Source: Alphaproteobacteria bacterium
Lineage (GTDB): Bacteria > Pseudomonadota > Alphaproteobacteria > MPNO01 > VGEU01
NCBI GenBank assembly: GCA_016869145.1
Contig: VGEU01000003.1
Span: 664-64,663, forward strand
Direction: 5' to 3'
Length of the DNA: 64,000 nt
In this document: positions 21,004 to 30,232 of the stretch, one piece after another
How positions within the stretch are numbered: position 1 is the first letter of the stretch
Layout of the letters: each line of letters begins with the position of its first letter
Made by a program: the position numbers and the translations under genes
Notes under the pieces: generated by a model
The model's input: only the letters and a program-made list of their open reading frames with translations
Databases searched by the model: none
Told to the model about the DNA's origin: nothing

Positions 21004-22026
21004 ATGGCCACACGCCGAGTTGCGAACGCGAACCCACCGATAGCGGGCACGGGCCGGGGCGGCAAGCGGCTTGTCGCCGCGCTCGCCGCCTTTGTCGCGC
21101 TCGCCGGGCTCGCCTCGCCGGCCGGCGCCCAGGATCGCGTGCTCGTCCTCGGCACCGGCGGCGTGACCGGCGTCTACTACCCGGCGGGCGGTGCGGTCTG
21201 CCGCCTCCTCGCCAAGGACAGGCGAACCCACGGCATCCGCTGCCTGGTCGAGAACTCGGGCGGTTCGGTCGAGAATCTGGTGGCGCTCCGCGCCGGCGAG
21301 ATCGACGCCGCGATCGTCCAGGCCGACACCCAGGCGGACGCCGTCGCCGCCGCTGGTCCCTTCACGGGTCGCGGGCCGGATGGTGCGCTCCGCTTCGTCG
21401 CCGGCCTCCACGAGGAGGCACTTACCATCCTCGCGCGGATCGATTCCGGGATCGTCGCGCTCGCCGATCTCAGGGCGAAGCGGGTCAATCTCGGCAATCT
21501 CGGCGCCGGACAGCGCCCGATGATGGACCGGCTTCTCGCCGTGCTCGGCTGGACCGTCGCCGATCTCGCCGTCGCCGATACCGTGCCCTGGGCCGAGCAG
21601 GCGCGCGCGCTCTGCGCCGGCCGGTTCGAGGCCATGGTCTTCACCGTCGGCCATCCCAACGGATCGGTGCGCGAGGCGGCGACCACGTGCGCCACCGTGC
21701 TCGTTCCGGTCGCCGGGCCGATCGCCCAGCGTTTGTTGACCGACCACCCCATCTATCACCGCGCGACCGTTGCCGCCGGCCTCTATCCCGGTATCGACCA
21801 GGCGACGGCGACGATCGGGGTGCGCGCGACGCTGGTGGCGTCCGCCCGGGTGCCGGAGGAGACGATCTACCGCCTGATGAAGGCGGTCCTCGACGGCTTC
21901 GATGAGTTCCGCGAGGCGCATGCCGCGCTCGCCGGGCTCGATCGGAGGGCGATGACGTCGGCCGGCGCCACGGCGCCGCTCCATGCGGGCGCGCTCCGCG
22001 CCTATCGCGAGGCGGGGTTGCGCTGA
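21004..22026 (+). CDS. TAXI-family TRAP solute-binding protein
   Basis: Signal peptide, [29 protein letters not shown]; start uncertain. Confidence 0.9.
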   Translation: MATRRVANANPPIAGTGRGGKRLVAALAAFVALAGLASPAGAQDRVLVLGTGGVTGVYYPAGGAVCRLLAKDRRTHGIRCLVENSGGSVENLVALRAGEIDAAIVQADTQADAVAAAGPFTGRGPDGALRFVAGLHEEALTILARIDSGIVALADLRAKRVNLGNLGAGQRPMMDRLLAVLGWTVADLAVADTVPWAEQARALCAGRFEAMVFTVGHPNGSVREAATTCATVLVPVAGPIAQRLLTDHPIYHRATVAAGLYPGIDQATATIGVRATLVASARVPEETIYRLMKAVLDGFDEFREAHAALAGLDRRAMTSAGATAPLHAGALRAYREAGLR

Positions 22027-22038
22027 GCCGTCACGCTC

Positions 22039-22070
22039 GGCCGAACGTCCTAGGTTTCGGCCGTTCGGCC
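22039..22070. terminator. Inverted repeat after TAXI gene (possible terminator)
   Basis: GGCCGAACG ... CGTTCGGCC 9-bp arms; no U-tract. Confidence 0.3.
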
Positions 22071-22078
22071 TCGACCGA

Positions 22079-22094
22079 TTAAGTCGCGGTTAAC
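22079..22094 (+). promoter_or_regulatory. CtrA binding site upstream of DUF2336 gene
   Basis: Exact TTAA-GTCGCGG-TTAAC; extra GTTAAC half-site at 22121-22126. Confidence 0.75.
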
Positions 22095-22146
22095 GGATGC
22101 CGGCGCACAATCGCGCGAAGGTTAACTCTCCGGGTCGAACCGCGCG

Positions 22147-23280
22147 ATGCGTCCCAATCTCTCGAAGGCCGACGTCCAGCAGCTGATGGACGATCCGTCG
22201 GAACAGAACCGCGCCAGCGCCGCATCGAAGATCGCCGCGAATTTCGGCGGCGACGCCTTCACGGCGGACGAGCGCCGAATTGCCGAGGACATCTTCCGCG
22301 TCATGGTGCGCGACACCGCCGTCCGCGTGCGCGAGGCGCTGTCGATGGAGCTCAAGGATTGCCCGTCGATCTCGCACGACGTCGCGCGCGCGTTGGCGAG
22401 CGATGTCGAGTCGGTCTCGCTTCCGGTGCTCCAGTTCTCCACCGTGCTGACCGACGACGACCTGATCGAGATCGTGCAGACCAGTGCGCCGGTCAAGCAG
22501 AAGGCGATCGCGAGCCGGAAAGTGGTCTCGGCGCCCGTCGCCGACGCGCTCGTCGACACCAAGAACGAGGAGGTCGTCTCGACGCTCGTCGCCAATGACG
22601 GCGCCGACATCACCGAGACGTCGCTGCAGAAGGTCGTCGACAAGCTCGGCGACCGGCCGAGCGTGAACCAGCCGCTCGCGCTCCGCGCCAAGCTTCCGGT
22701 GGCCGTCGCCGAGCGTCTGGTGACGATGGTTTCCGAATCGCTCCGCGAGCACCTCCTCAAGAACCACAACATCGCACCCGAGACTGTGAGCGATCTCGTT
22801 CTTCAGAGCCGCGAGAAGGCGACGCTCAACCTGATCTCGGCCAAGGCCTCGACCGAGGACGTGAAGGAGCTCGTCGAGCAGCTGCACCGGAACGGCCGCC
22901 TCACGCCCTCGATCGTGCTTCGCGCGGTCTGCATGAGCGATCTGCCGTTCTTCGAGCATGGCGTCGCCAAGCTCTCGCACGTGCCGCTCAAGAACGCGCG
23001 GCTCCTGATCCATGACGACGGCCGCCTCGGGCTGAGCGCGATCCTCAAGAAGGCGGGCGTTCCGGAATATCTCTTCCCGGCCTTCCGCGCCGCGATCGAT
23101 GTCAGCCACGAGACCGACTATGACGGTGGCGACGACAACCAGGAGCGATTCCAGCGCCGCATGCTCGAGCGGATCCTGACGCATTTCGAGGACCCCAAGG
23201 CCGGTATCGGCGAGGCCGATGTCGAGTTCCTCCTCGGCAAGCTCGCCAAGATCGACGTCCGCTTCGCCGTCGCGCACTGA
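22147..23280 (+). CDS. DUF2336 domain protein
   Basis: VREALSMELK, LASDVESVSLPVLQFSTVLTDDDL, LVANDGA, GRLTPSIVLRA. Confidence 0.88.
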   Translation: MRPNLSKADVQQLMDDPSEQNRASAASKIAANFGGDAFTADERRIAEDIFRVMVRDTAVRVREALSMELKDCPSISHDVARALASDVESVSLPVLQFSTVLTDDDLIEIVQTSAPVKQKAIASRKVVSAPVADALVDTKNEEVVSTLVANDGADITETSLQKVVDKLGDRPSVNQPLALRAKLPVAVAERLVTMVSESLREHLLKNHNIAPETVSDLVLQSREKATLNLISAKASTEDVKELVEQLHRNGRLTPSIVLRAVCMSDLPFFEHGVAKLSHVPLKNARLLIHDDGRLGLSAILKKAGVPEYLFPAFRAAIDVSHETDYDGGDDNQERFQRRMLERILTHFEDPKAGIGEADVEFLLGKLAKIDVRFAVAH

Positions 23281-23291
23281 ACAGGCGCCGC

Positions 23292-24569
23292 TCACTCCGG
23301 ACGACGGTTTCGGTGGGCGGCGAAACGCCTTCCCTTGACCAGCGCATCGTCGCCGAAACGCGCCCGCACGGCATCGATCGTGCGCTCGACCGCAGCGCGT
23401 CGGAGCGAGCCCGGATCGGCGAGATCGGGCGGATCGCAATGCGCGGCCTCGACGAGACCGGCGACCCCGATCCCGATCAGCCGATAGGCGTTTCCATTGA
23501 TCTCGCGCGCGAGCAGATGGACCCCGGCCCGATAGATCGTCTCGGCGAGCTGGGTCGGATGCCCGAGCGTGACCGCGCGGGTGATCAGCCGGAACCGCGC
23601 GGTCTTAAGCTTGAGCGTCACCGCGTCGCCGCCGATCTCGTCGTCCTTGAGCCGCGCCGAGACCTTCTCGCACAGCGGCCACAGCCTCGCCTCGAGCGTG
23701 GCGTGGTCGGCGATGTCGTCCTCGAAGGTGGTCTCCGCCGAGACGCTCTTGCGCTCGCGCCCGGGATTGACCGTGCGCTCGTCCTCGCCGCGCGCGAACC
23801 AGTAGAGCCGGCTGCCGATCGTCCCGTAGCGGGCGACGAGCGTCGCCTCGTCGATCGCCTGCAGATCGGCGATGGTCGCGATCCCGTCGCCGACGAGGTG
23901 CGCCTTGAACTGCGCGCCGACGCCCCACATGAGATCGACCGGCTGGCCGGCAAGGAACGGGACGGCCTCGGCTCGGCCGATGATCGAGAACCCGCGCGGC
24001 TTGTCGAGGCCCGAGGCTATCTTGGCGAGGAACTTGTTGTAGCTCAGACCGATCGAGACCGTGATGCCGATATCGGCCTCGATCCGGCGGGCGAGGCGTG
24101 CGAGCGTACGCGCGGGGGAACCGCCGTGGAGGCGCTCGGTGCCACCGAGATCCATGAACGCCTCGTCGACCGACAGCGGCTCGACCTGGGGCGTGACCGC
24201 GCGCATCAGCTCGCGCACCTCGGCGCCGATCGCGCGGTATTTCTCCATGTCGGGCCGGATCACCACGGCGTCCGGGCAGCGCCGGAGCGCCTTGAACATC
24301 GGCATCGCCGAGCGGACGCCGTAGCGGCGGGCGATGTAGCAGCAGGTGAGAACGACGCCGCGCTTCCGGCCACCGACGATTACGGGCTTGTCCGCGAGTG
24401 CCGGATTGTCGCGCTTCTCGACGTTCGCGTAGAATGCGTCGCAGTCGAGATGGGCAATGGTGAGGCCGTCGAGCTCGGGATGGGCGAGGATACGGCCCGA
24501 TCCGCAGGCCGTGCAGCGGCCATCCTCAGGCGCCGCCGTCGACTGGCAGTCCCGGCAGACGTATCCCAT
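23292..24569 (-). CDS. dinB: DNA polymerase IV (N-terminal zinc ribbon)
   Basis: CRDC..CTAC, AHLDCDAFYA, YGVRSAMP, SVDEAF, NKFLAKIAS, KSVSAETTF. Confidence 0.96.
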   Translation of the reverse strand: MGYVCRDCQSTAAPEDGRCTACGSGRILAHPELDGLTIAHLDCDAFYANVEKRDNPALADKPVIVGGRKRGVVLTCCYIARRYGVRSAMPMFKALRRCPDAVVIRPDMEKYRAIGAEVRELMRAVTPQVEPLSVDEAFMDLGGTERLHGGSPARTLARLARRIEADIGITVSIGLSYNKFLAKIASGLDKPRGFSIIGRAEAVPFLAGQPVDLMWGVGAQFKAHLVGDGIATIADLQAIDEATLVARYGTIGSRLYWFARGEDERTVNPGRERKSVSAETTFEDDIADHATLEARLWPLCEKVSARLKDDEIGGDAVTLKLKTARFRLITRAVTLGHPTQLAETIYRAGVHLLAREINGNAYRLIGIGVAGLVEAAHCDPPDLADPGSLRRAAVERTIDAVRARFGDDALVKGRRFAAHRNRRPE

Positions 24570-24600
24570 GGCCGAGCATGAAACCCCGCGCTACCCCGGT

Positions 24601-24633
24601 CAAGGCACGCCCCAAGGCACCGCCCAAGGCGCC
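24601..24633 (+). repeat. Three imperfect 12-bp tandem direct repeats (CAAGGCAC core)
   Basis: CAAGGCACGCCC CAAGGCACCGCC CAAGGCGCC between divergent dinB and yqgE-like genes. Confidence 0.7.
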
Positions 24634-24639
24634 TCCGGC

Positions 24640-25257
24640 ATGAGACGGCGTAAGTTCGTCGCCCTCGTCGTCGCGGCGTTCGGCGCCGGTCCGGCGATCG
24701 CCGCGACCGGTGATCCCGACAACCTGGCGGTGACGCGCTCGCTCGCCGGCCGCCTCCTCGCCGCGACCGGCGCGATCCGGTCGGTCCCCTTCGCGGGCAG
24801 CGTGATCTATCTCCTCAAGCACAACCGGACCGGCGCGATCGGGCTCATCGTCAACCGTCCGGTCGAGCGCCGGCCAATCGAGACCGTGGTCCGAGCGATG
24901 GGACTCCCGCCGGTCGGGGTCGACGGCGACATCGCCGTCCACGACGGCGGACCCGTGGGGACGACGGAGGGCTTTCTCCTCCATACGACCGACTATGTCG
25001 GCCAGGGCACCCAGTTCATCACCGACGCCATCGCGCTCACGAGCCACGTCAGCGTTCTCGCCGACATCGCGCGCAGGCGCGGGCCGCGACGGGCGCTGTT
25101 CGCCCTCGGCTTCGCCGGCTGGGGCGCGGGCCAGCTCGACAGCGAGATCGACCGCGGCTTCTGGTTCGACGTTTCGGCCGACGAGGAGATCATCTTCGAC
25201 GCCGAGCACGCGACCAAGTGGCAGCGCACGTTCTTCCGGCGCAGGCAGACGCCCTGA
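24640..25257 (+). CDS. YqgE/AlgH (DUF179) family protein with N-terminal signal-like peptide
   Basis: SVIYL..H...GAIGLIVNRP, GGPV, LGFAGWGAGQLDSEI..W; N-terminus MRRRKFVALVVAAFGAGPAIA. Confidence 0.85.
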   Translation: MRRRKFVALVVAAFGAGPAIAATGDPDNLAVTRSLAGRLLAATGAIRSVPFAGSVIYLLKHNRTGAIGLIVNRPVERRPIETVVRAMGLPPVGVDGDIAVHDGGPVGTTEGFLLHTTDYVGQGTQFITDAIALTSHVSVLADIARRRGPRRALFALGFAGWGAGQLDSEIDRGFWFDVSADEEIIFDAEHATKWQRTFFRRRQTP

Positions 25258-26061
25258 TCAGACGCATTTCGCGGTGAGGCCGCCGTCGACCACGATCTCG
25301 GTGCCGGTCACGTAGCGCGCCTCGTCGGAGGCGAGAAACAGCGCGGCCCAGGCGGTATCCCACGCATCGCCCATCTTCCGCATCGGGATCGCGCGCTCGC
25401 GCGCCTGCATCGCCTCGGCCCGCTTGGCCTCGGTCTTGTATTGGCGTTCGATGCGCCGCTCGACGAGCGGCGTGCGCATCAGCCCCGGCAGCACGGCATT
25501 GCAGCGGACGCCGGTCGCCGCGTGCTGGACCGCGATCGCGCGGCTCATCTCGATCATCGCCGCCTTCGAGGCCTGATAGGACACGAACGGCCGATCGAGA
25601 AAGCGGATGCCGGCGATCGAGGCGATGTTGACGATCGCGCCGCCGCCCTGGCGTTCCATGATCGGCACGACGAGCTTGCAGGCGAGGAAGGCCGATTTGA
25701 GGTTGAGCGCCATATAGGCGTCCCAGTCGGCTTCGCTGGTCTCGACCACGCCGCCCGGCACCGCGGCGCCGACATTGTTGTGGAGGATGTCGATGCGTCC
25801 CCATTCGGTCATGCAGGCATCGACCATGCGCTTGATGTCCCCGGCCCGGGTCGCATCGCCCGCGACCGCGATCGCGGTCCCGCCTTCGCTCCGGATGATC
25901 CCGGCGGTCTCCTCGGCGGCGCCGGCGTCGAGGTCGGTCGCGCACACCCGGGCGCCCTCGCGGCCGTAGAGGACGGCGGAGGCCTTGCCGTTGCCCCAGC
26001 CACCGACCTTGGTGCCGGCGCCGATCACCAGCGCCACCTTGCCCGCCACGCGTCCGGCCAT
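25258..26061 (-). CDS. SDR family oxidoreductase
   Basis: GAGTKVGGWGNG, IDILHNNVG, YQASK, NAVLPG, VDGG. Confidence 0.95.
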   Translation of the reverse strand: MAGRVAGKVALVIGAGTKVGGWGNGKASAVLYGREGARVCATDLDAGAAEETAGIIRSEGGTAIAVAGDATRAGDIKRMVDACMTEWGRIDILHNNVGAAVPGGVVETSEADWDAYMALNLKSAFLACKLVVPIMERQGGGAIVNIASIAGIRFLDRPFVSYQASKAAMIEMSRAIAVQHAATGVRCNAVLPGLMRTPLVERRIERQYKTEAKRAEAMQARERAIPMRKMGDAWDTAWAALFLASDEARYVTGTEIVVDGGLTAKCV

Positions 26062-26127
26062 GGTCTCCTCCCTTGTGTGTCGCGTCGCGGCTTGCTAGCA
26101 CGGCCCGGCGAAACAGGGGAGGGACCC

Positions 26128-26604
26128 ATGGGCGTGATTGAACAGAAGCTCGCAGGCCTTGGGCTCGCGCTGCCGCCACCCTTCACCTATCCCCGTCCCA
26201 ACCGCACCGGCGCGGTCCGGACCGGGAACCTCCTCTATCTCTCGGGCCACGGCCTCAACCTGCCCGAGCTCCCGGGCGTTCGCCAGCGCGGCAAGGTCGG
26301 CTCGGAGGTCTCGGAGGCGGAGGCCTATCAGACCGCGCGCGCGGTGGCGCTGACCATGCTGGCGACGATCAAGAAGCATGCCGGCGATCTCGACCGGGTG
26401 CGGCGCGTAGTCGAGCTGTTCGGCATGGTCAACTCGGCGACCAATTTCGAGCGCCAGCCATTCGTCATCGACGGCGCCTCCGATCTGTTCTACGAGCTGT
26501 GGGGCGCCGAGTTCGGCCAGCACGCCCGCACGGCCGTCGGCGTCGCCGAGCTGCCGCACCGGATGGCGGTCGAGATCAAGGGCGTGTTCGAGCTCCATCC
26601 CTGA
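26128..26604 (+). CDS. RidA/YjgF family protein (Atu1372-like)
   Basis: LLYLSGH, GKVG, GMVNS, IDGASDL, GQHARTAVGVAELP. Confidence 0.9.
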   Translation: MGVIEQKLAGLGLALPPPFTYPRPNRTGAVRTGNLLYLSGHGLNLPELPGVRQRGKVGSEVSEAEAYQTARAVALTMLATIKKHAGDLDRVRRVVELFGMVNSATNFERQPFVIDGASDLFYELWGAEFGQHARTAVGVAELPHRMAVEIKGVFELHP

Positions 26605-26613
26605 GGTGCCGCC

Positions 26614-27099
26614 ATGCCCTCGTTCGATATCGTGTCGCGCGCCGACATGCCCGAGGTCGACAACGCGATCGCCGGTGTCGCGCGCGAGATCGCCCAGCGC
26701 TTCGATTTCAAGGGATCGAAGTGCACGATCGAGCGGAAGGAGCTCGCGATCACCATCAACGCCGACGACGACCTCAAGCTGAAGCAGATGCACGAGCTCC
26801 TCAAGGTGCACGCGACGCGGCGCAAGGTCGACGCCGGCGTCTTCTCCTTCGGCACCGTCGAGAAGGCCTCCGGCAACACGGTCCGCCAGGTGATCACCAT
26901 CCGACAGGGTGTCGACCGCGAGCTCGCGCAGAAGATCGTGAAGGAGATCAAGGGCTCGAAGCTCAAGGTCCAGGTCGCGATCCAGGGCGACGAGCTCCGC
27001 GTCTCGGGCAAGAAGCGCGACGACCTCCAGGATGCGATCGCCCATGTCCGCGCCATGGGCCTCGACCAGCCGCTGCAATACGTTAACTTCCGCGATTGA
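26614..27099 (+). CDS. yajQ: YajQ family nucleotide/c-di-GMP-binding protein
   Basis: MPSFDIVS, RFDFKG, KLKVQVAIQGDELRVSGKKRDDLQ, ends NFRD. Confidence 0.97.
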   Translation: MPSFDIVSRADMPEVDNAIAGVAREIAQRFDFKGSKCTIERKELAITINADDDLKLKQMHELLKVHATRRKVDAGVFSFGTVEKASGNTVRQVITIRQGVDRELAQKIVKEIKGSKLKVQVAIQGDELRVSGKKRDDLQDAIAHVRAMGLDQPLQYVNFRD

Positions 27100-27149
27100 C
27101 GCGGCCGGCGCCGGTCCCGGACAATATGCCGGCCGACGCGACGGAGGGC

Positions 27150-28166
27150 ATGATGCTGCTGCGCCAGTACTGGTATGTCGCCGCGACCGCCGACGAGGTC
27201 GGCAGCAAGCCCTTTGCACGGAAGCTCCTGGGCGAGCCCGTCGTCTTCTTCCGCGACCGGGCGGGCACCGTTCACGCGCTCGAGGACCGCTGCCCGCATC
27301 GCAGCATGCCGCTGTCGGTGGGCTCGGTCGAGGGCGACGTGATCCGCTGCGGCTATCACGGTCTCGAGTTCGCCGGCTCGGGCGCCTGCATCCGCGTTCC
27401 CGGTCAGTCCACGATCCCGCCCAACGCGGCGGCGCGACACTATCCGGTGATCGAGCGCTACGGCCAGGTCTGGATCTGGATGGGCGACCCGGCGGCGGCC
27501 GATCCGAAACAGGCGCACGTGTTCGAGCCGATGGAACGGCCCGGCTGGTCGGCCTCGCGGCTCCAGTTCCACGTCCTCTGCGACTGGCGGCTCCTGGTCG
27601 AGAACCTTCTCGACTTCACCCATCTCACCTTCGTCCACGAATCGACCATCGGCAGCCGCGAGGTCACCGAGGAGGCCGACGTCGGGGTGACGCGCGCCGG
27701 CGACCGGGTCACGGTGTCGCGGCGCATGTCCAACATCACGCCGGCGCCGACCTATGCCAAGGCGACCGGCATCTACGGCAACATCGACCGCTGGCAGGAC
27801 ATCACCTTCGCGCCGCCGTCCTTCGTCACGGTCGAAGCCGGCGTCGCGCCGACCCGCGACATGTCGCGCGCCTTGCAGCGCTACTCGCTCCACGGGATCA
27901 CCCCCGAGACCGAGACGACGATGCACTATTTCTGGACCTCGGCCTACGAGGTCGCCGCACACAAGCCGGAGACGATTGCGCTCCTCGCCGACCAGTTCCG
28001 CGTCGCCTTCGAAGAGGACGTCGCCATCCTCGCCCACCAGCAGCGGCGGCGGCGGAACGATCTGCCCTTCGTCGACACCAACGCCGATGCCGGCAACATG
28101 CAGGTGCGTCGCGTGCTCGCGGCCCTCGCGGCACGGGAGGCGCCACCGCTCCGGGCGAGCGCGTGA
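27150..28166 (+). CDS. Rieske non-heme iron oxygenase, VanA-like (O/N-demethylase type)
   Basis: CPHR...CGYH Rieske motif, ENLLDFTHLTFVH Fe site, FEED; start 27150 or up to 27096. Confidence 0.9.
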   Translation: MMLLRQYWYVAATADEVGSKPFARKLLGEPVVFFRDRAGTVHALEDRCPHRSMPLSVGSVEGDVIRCGYHGLEFAGSGACIRVPGQSTIPPNAAARHYPVIERYGQVWIWMGDPAAADPKQAHVFEPMERPGWSASRLQFHVLCDWRLLVENLLDFTHLTFVHESTIGSREVTEEADVGVTRAGDRVTVSRRMSNITPAPTYAKATGIYGNIDRWQDITFAPPSFVTVEAGVAPTRDMSRALQRYSLHGITPETETTMHYFWTSAYEVAAHKPETIALLADQFRVAFEEDVAILAHQQRRRRNDLPFVDTNADAGNMQVRRVLAALAAREAPPLRASA

Positions 28167-29386
28167 CGACGGACGCGGCGGACGCGCGTGCGATCGCGCG
28201 CGGGTTCGACATCCTCGCGCTCGACCCCGCCTTCCTCGACGATCCCTATCCGACCTACCACGCGCTTCGCCGCCACGATCCGGTCCATCGCAACTCGGAC
28301 GGATCGTATTTCCTGACGCGCTACGATCATGTCTTCGCGCTCTACCGCGACCGGCGGATGAGCTCGGACAAGACGATCGACTTCAGGCCGAAGTTCGGCG
28401 CCGGGCCGCTCTACGAGCACCATACGACCTCGCTCGTCTTCAACGATCCGCCGCTCCATACGCGCGTCCGGAAGCTGCTCGCGACAGCCTTCACGCCGCG
28501 CGCGCTCGCGGCGATGGAGCCGCGCATCGAGGCGATGGTCGACAGGCTCCTCGACCGCGCCGCGGCGCGGGGGCGGATCGATCTCGTGTCCGAGTTCGCA
28601 TTCGCGCTCCCGGTCGATGTGATCTGCGACATGTTGCGGGTGCCGGTCGAGGAACGGGCGCCGCTCCGCAATTGGGCGCAGATCATCCTCGGTGCGCTCG
28701 AGCCGGTAACGCCGCCCGCCATGGTCGCGGCAGGCGATGCCGCCGTGGTCGAGTTCTCCGACTATCTCCGCCGGCTCATCGCCGATCGCCGGCGCCGGCC
28801 CGGCACCGACGCCGGCGATGTGCTCACGACGCTCATCTTCGGCGAGGTCGACGGCGAGCGGCTCACCGAGCACGAGCTGATCCACCAGTGCATCTTCCTC
28901 CTCAATGCCGGCCACGAGACGACGACCAATCTGATCGGCAACGGCATCGCCGCGCTGGTCGATCGGCCGGACGTGCTCGCACGCCTCCGCGCCGATCCGG
29001 CGCTGATCCGGTCCGCGGTCGACGAGTTCCTCCGGTTCGACAGCCCCAACCAGGTCGGCAACCGGCGGACGACCGAGGCGGTCGAGATCGGTGGCGTGAC
29101 GCTCGCGCCGGGGAGCTATATCTGGATCGGGATCGGGGCGGCCAACCGCGATCCCGAGGAGTTCCCGGACCCCGACCGGCTCGACATCGCGCGCACGCCG
29201 AACCGGCACCTCGCCTTCGGGTCGGGCGCCCATGCCTGCCTCGGCATGTCGCTCGCCCGGCTCGAGGGGCAGATCGCGATCGGGCGGATGATCGGCCGAT
29301 TCCCGTCGCTCAGGCGCTCGGGCCCGGCCACACGCGGCGGCCGGGCCCGTTTTCGCGGATACGCGACGTTTCCGGTCGCGCTCTGA
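28163..29386 (+). CDS. Cytochrome P450
   Basis: DPPLHTRVR, AGHETT, EFLR, FGSGAHACLG heme motif; GTG start overlapping Rieske stop. Confidence 0.95.
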   Translation: MTTDAADARAIARGFDILALDPAFLDDPYPTYHALRRHDPVHRNSDGSYFLTRYDHVFALYRDRRMSSDKTIDFRPKFGAGPLYEHHTTSLVFNDPPLHTRVRKLLATAFTPRALAAMEPRIEAMVDRLLDRAAARGRIDLVSEFAFALPVDVICDMLRVPVEERAPLRNWAQIILGALEPVTPPAMVAAGDAAVVEFSDYLRRLIADRRRRPGTDAGDVLTTLIFGEVDGERLTEHELIHQCIFLLNAGHETTTNLIGNGIAALVDRPDVLARLRADPALIRSAVDEFLRFDSPNQVGNRRTTEAVEIGGVTLAPGSYIWIGIGAANRDPEEFPDPDRLDIARTPNRHLAFGSGAHACLGMSLARLEGQIAIGRMIGRFPSLRRSGPATRGGRARFRGYATFPVAL

Positions 29387-29402
29387 AGGGTGGAGGCGGG
29401 TG

Positions 29403-29900
29403 CTAGTAGCGGGCGCTCTGGTTGGCGACCTGCCAGCTTCCGTCCGGCATGCGGCAGGCGGTGCCATAGGCCTGCTCGACGCGCCCGCCGACCGTGACCG
29501 ACTGCTGATATTCGCGGCAGTACTGACCGGTCGGCTGCTGCCAGGTGCGGGTCGGGGTGACGGTGCCCCAGTTGCCGCTGTCCGGGTTCTGCCAGCGGGC
29601 GGTCGAGCCCACGGGGTAGGATTCGAGCGTCGCCTGCGTGGTCCGCGCGAGATGCGCGCGATCGGCGCGGTCGAGCGATTCGCCGACCGAGCCGCCGACG
29701 AAGGCGCCGAGAAGGGCGCCCGCAGCGGTCGCGGCGAGCCGGCCGTTGCCGGAGCCGATCTTGGAGCCGGCCCAGCCGCCGAGCGCGGCGCCGACCAGCG
29801 AGCCGCCGGCGGTCTTCGGTTGATCCTGGAACGAGGTGCAGCCGGCGAGGCCGAAGGCCGCCACCGTCACGAATACGAGCGCACGTTTTCTGCTGTTCAT
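29403..29900 (-). CDS. 17-kDa surface antigen-like glycine-zipper lipoprotein (RT0821/Lpp0805)
   Basis: Lipobox LAGC, Gly zipper, WQNPDSG, YCREY, GTACRMPDGSW. Confidence 0.92.
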   Translation of the reverse strand: MNSRKRALVFVTVAAFGLAGCTSFQDQPKTAGGSLVGAALGGWAGSKIGSGNGRLAATAAGALLGAFVGGSVGESLDRADRAHLARTTQATLESYPVGSTARWQNPDSGNWGTVTPTRTWQQPTGQYCREYQQSVTVGGRVEQAYGTACRMPDGSWQVANQSARY

Positions 29901-30232
29901 CGTTTCTTCCTCCACGCACGCGAGCCCACCCGGAACTCGGGTCGCCACCACGGCGGCGAACGTCCGAATCATGGGTAGGGATTAGGGCGAAACCACGGCG
30001 CCGGCGCGGAAATGCGCGGGCAGCGGTGCCCGGTGGCTGCGACGCTGCGGGCGACGCGCCTCCTTGGTTTCCGCTCGATACGCTGAGCCGTCTGAGGGGA
30101 GGCGTTCCGGCGCCCAGCAGGTGCGGATTCCGCTTGCTGGGGCAGGACCGGCACCCTATACCGGCCTGCGCCTTCGGGGTCGGGCCGCATCCGCCACGGA
30201 AACAGCCCAAAATCGTTCGGAGAAGAAGGACG

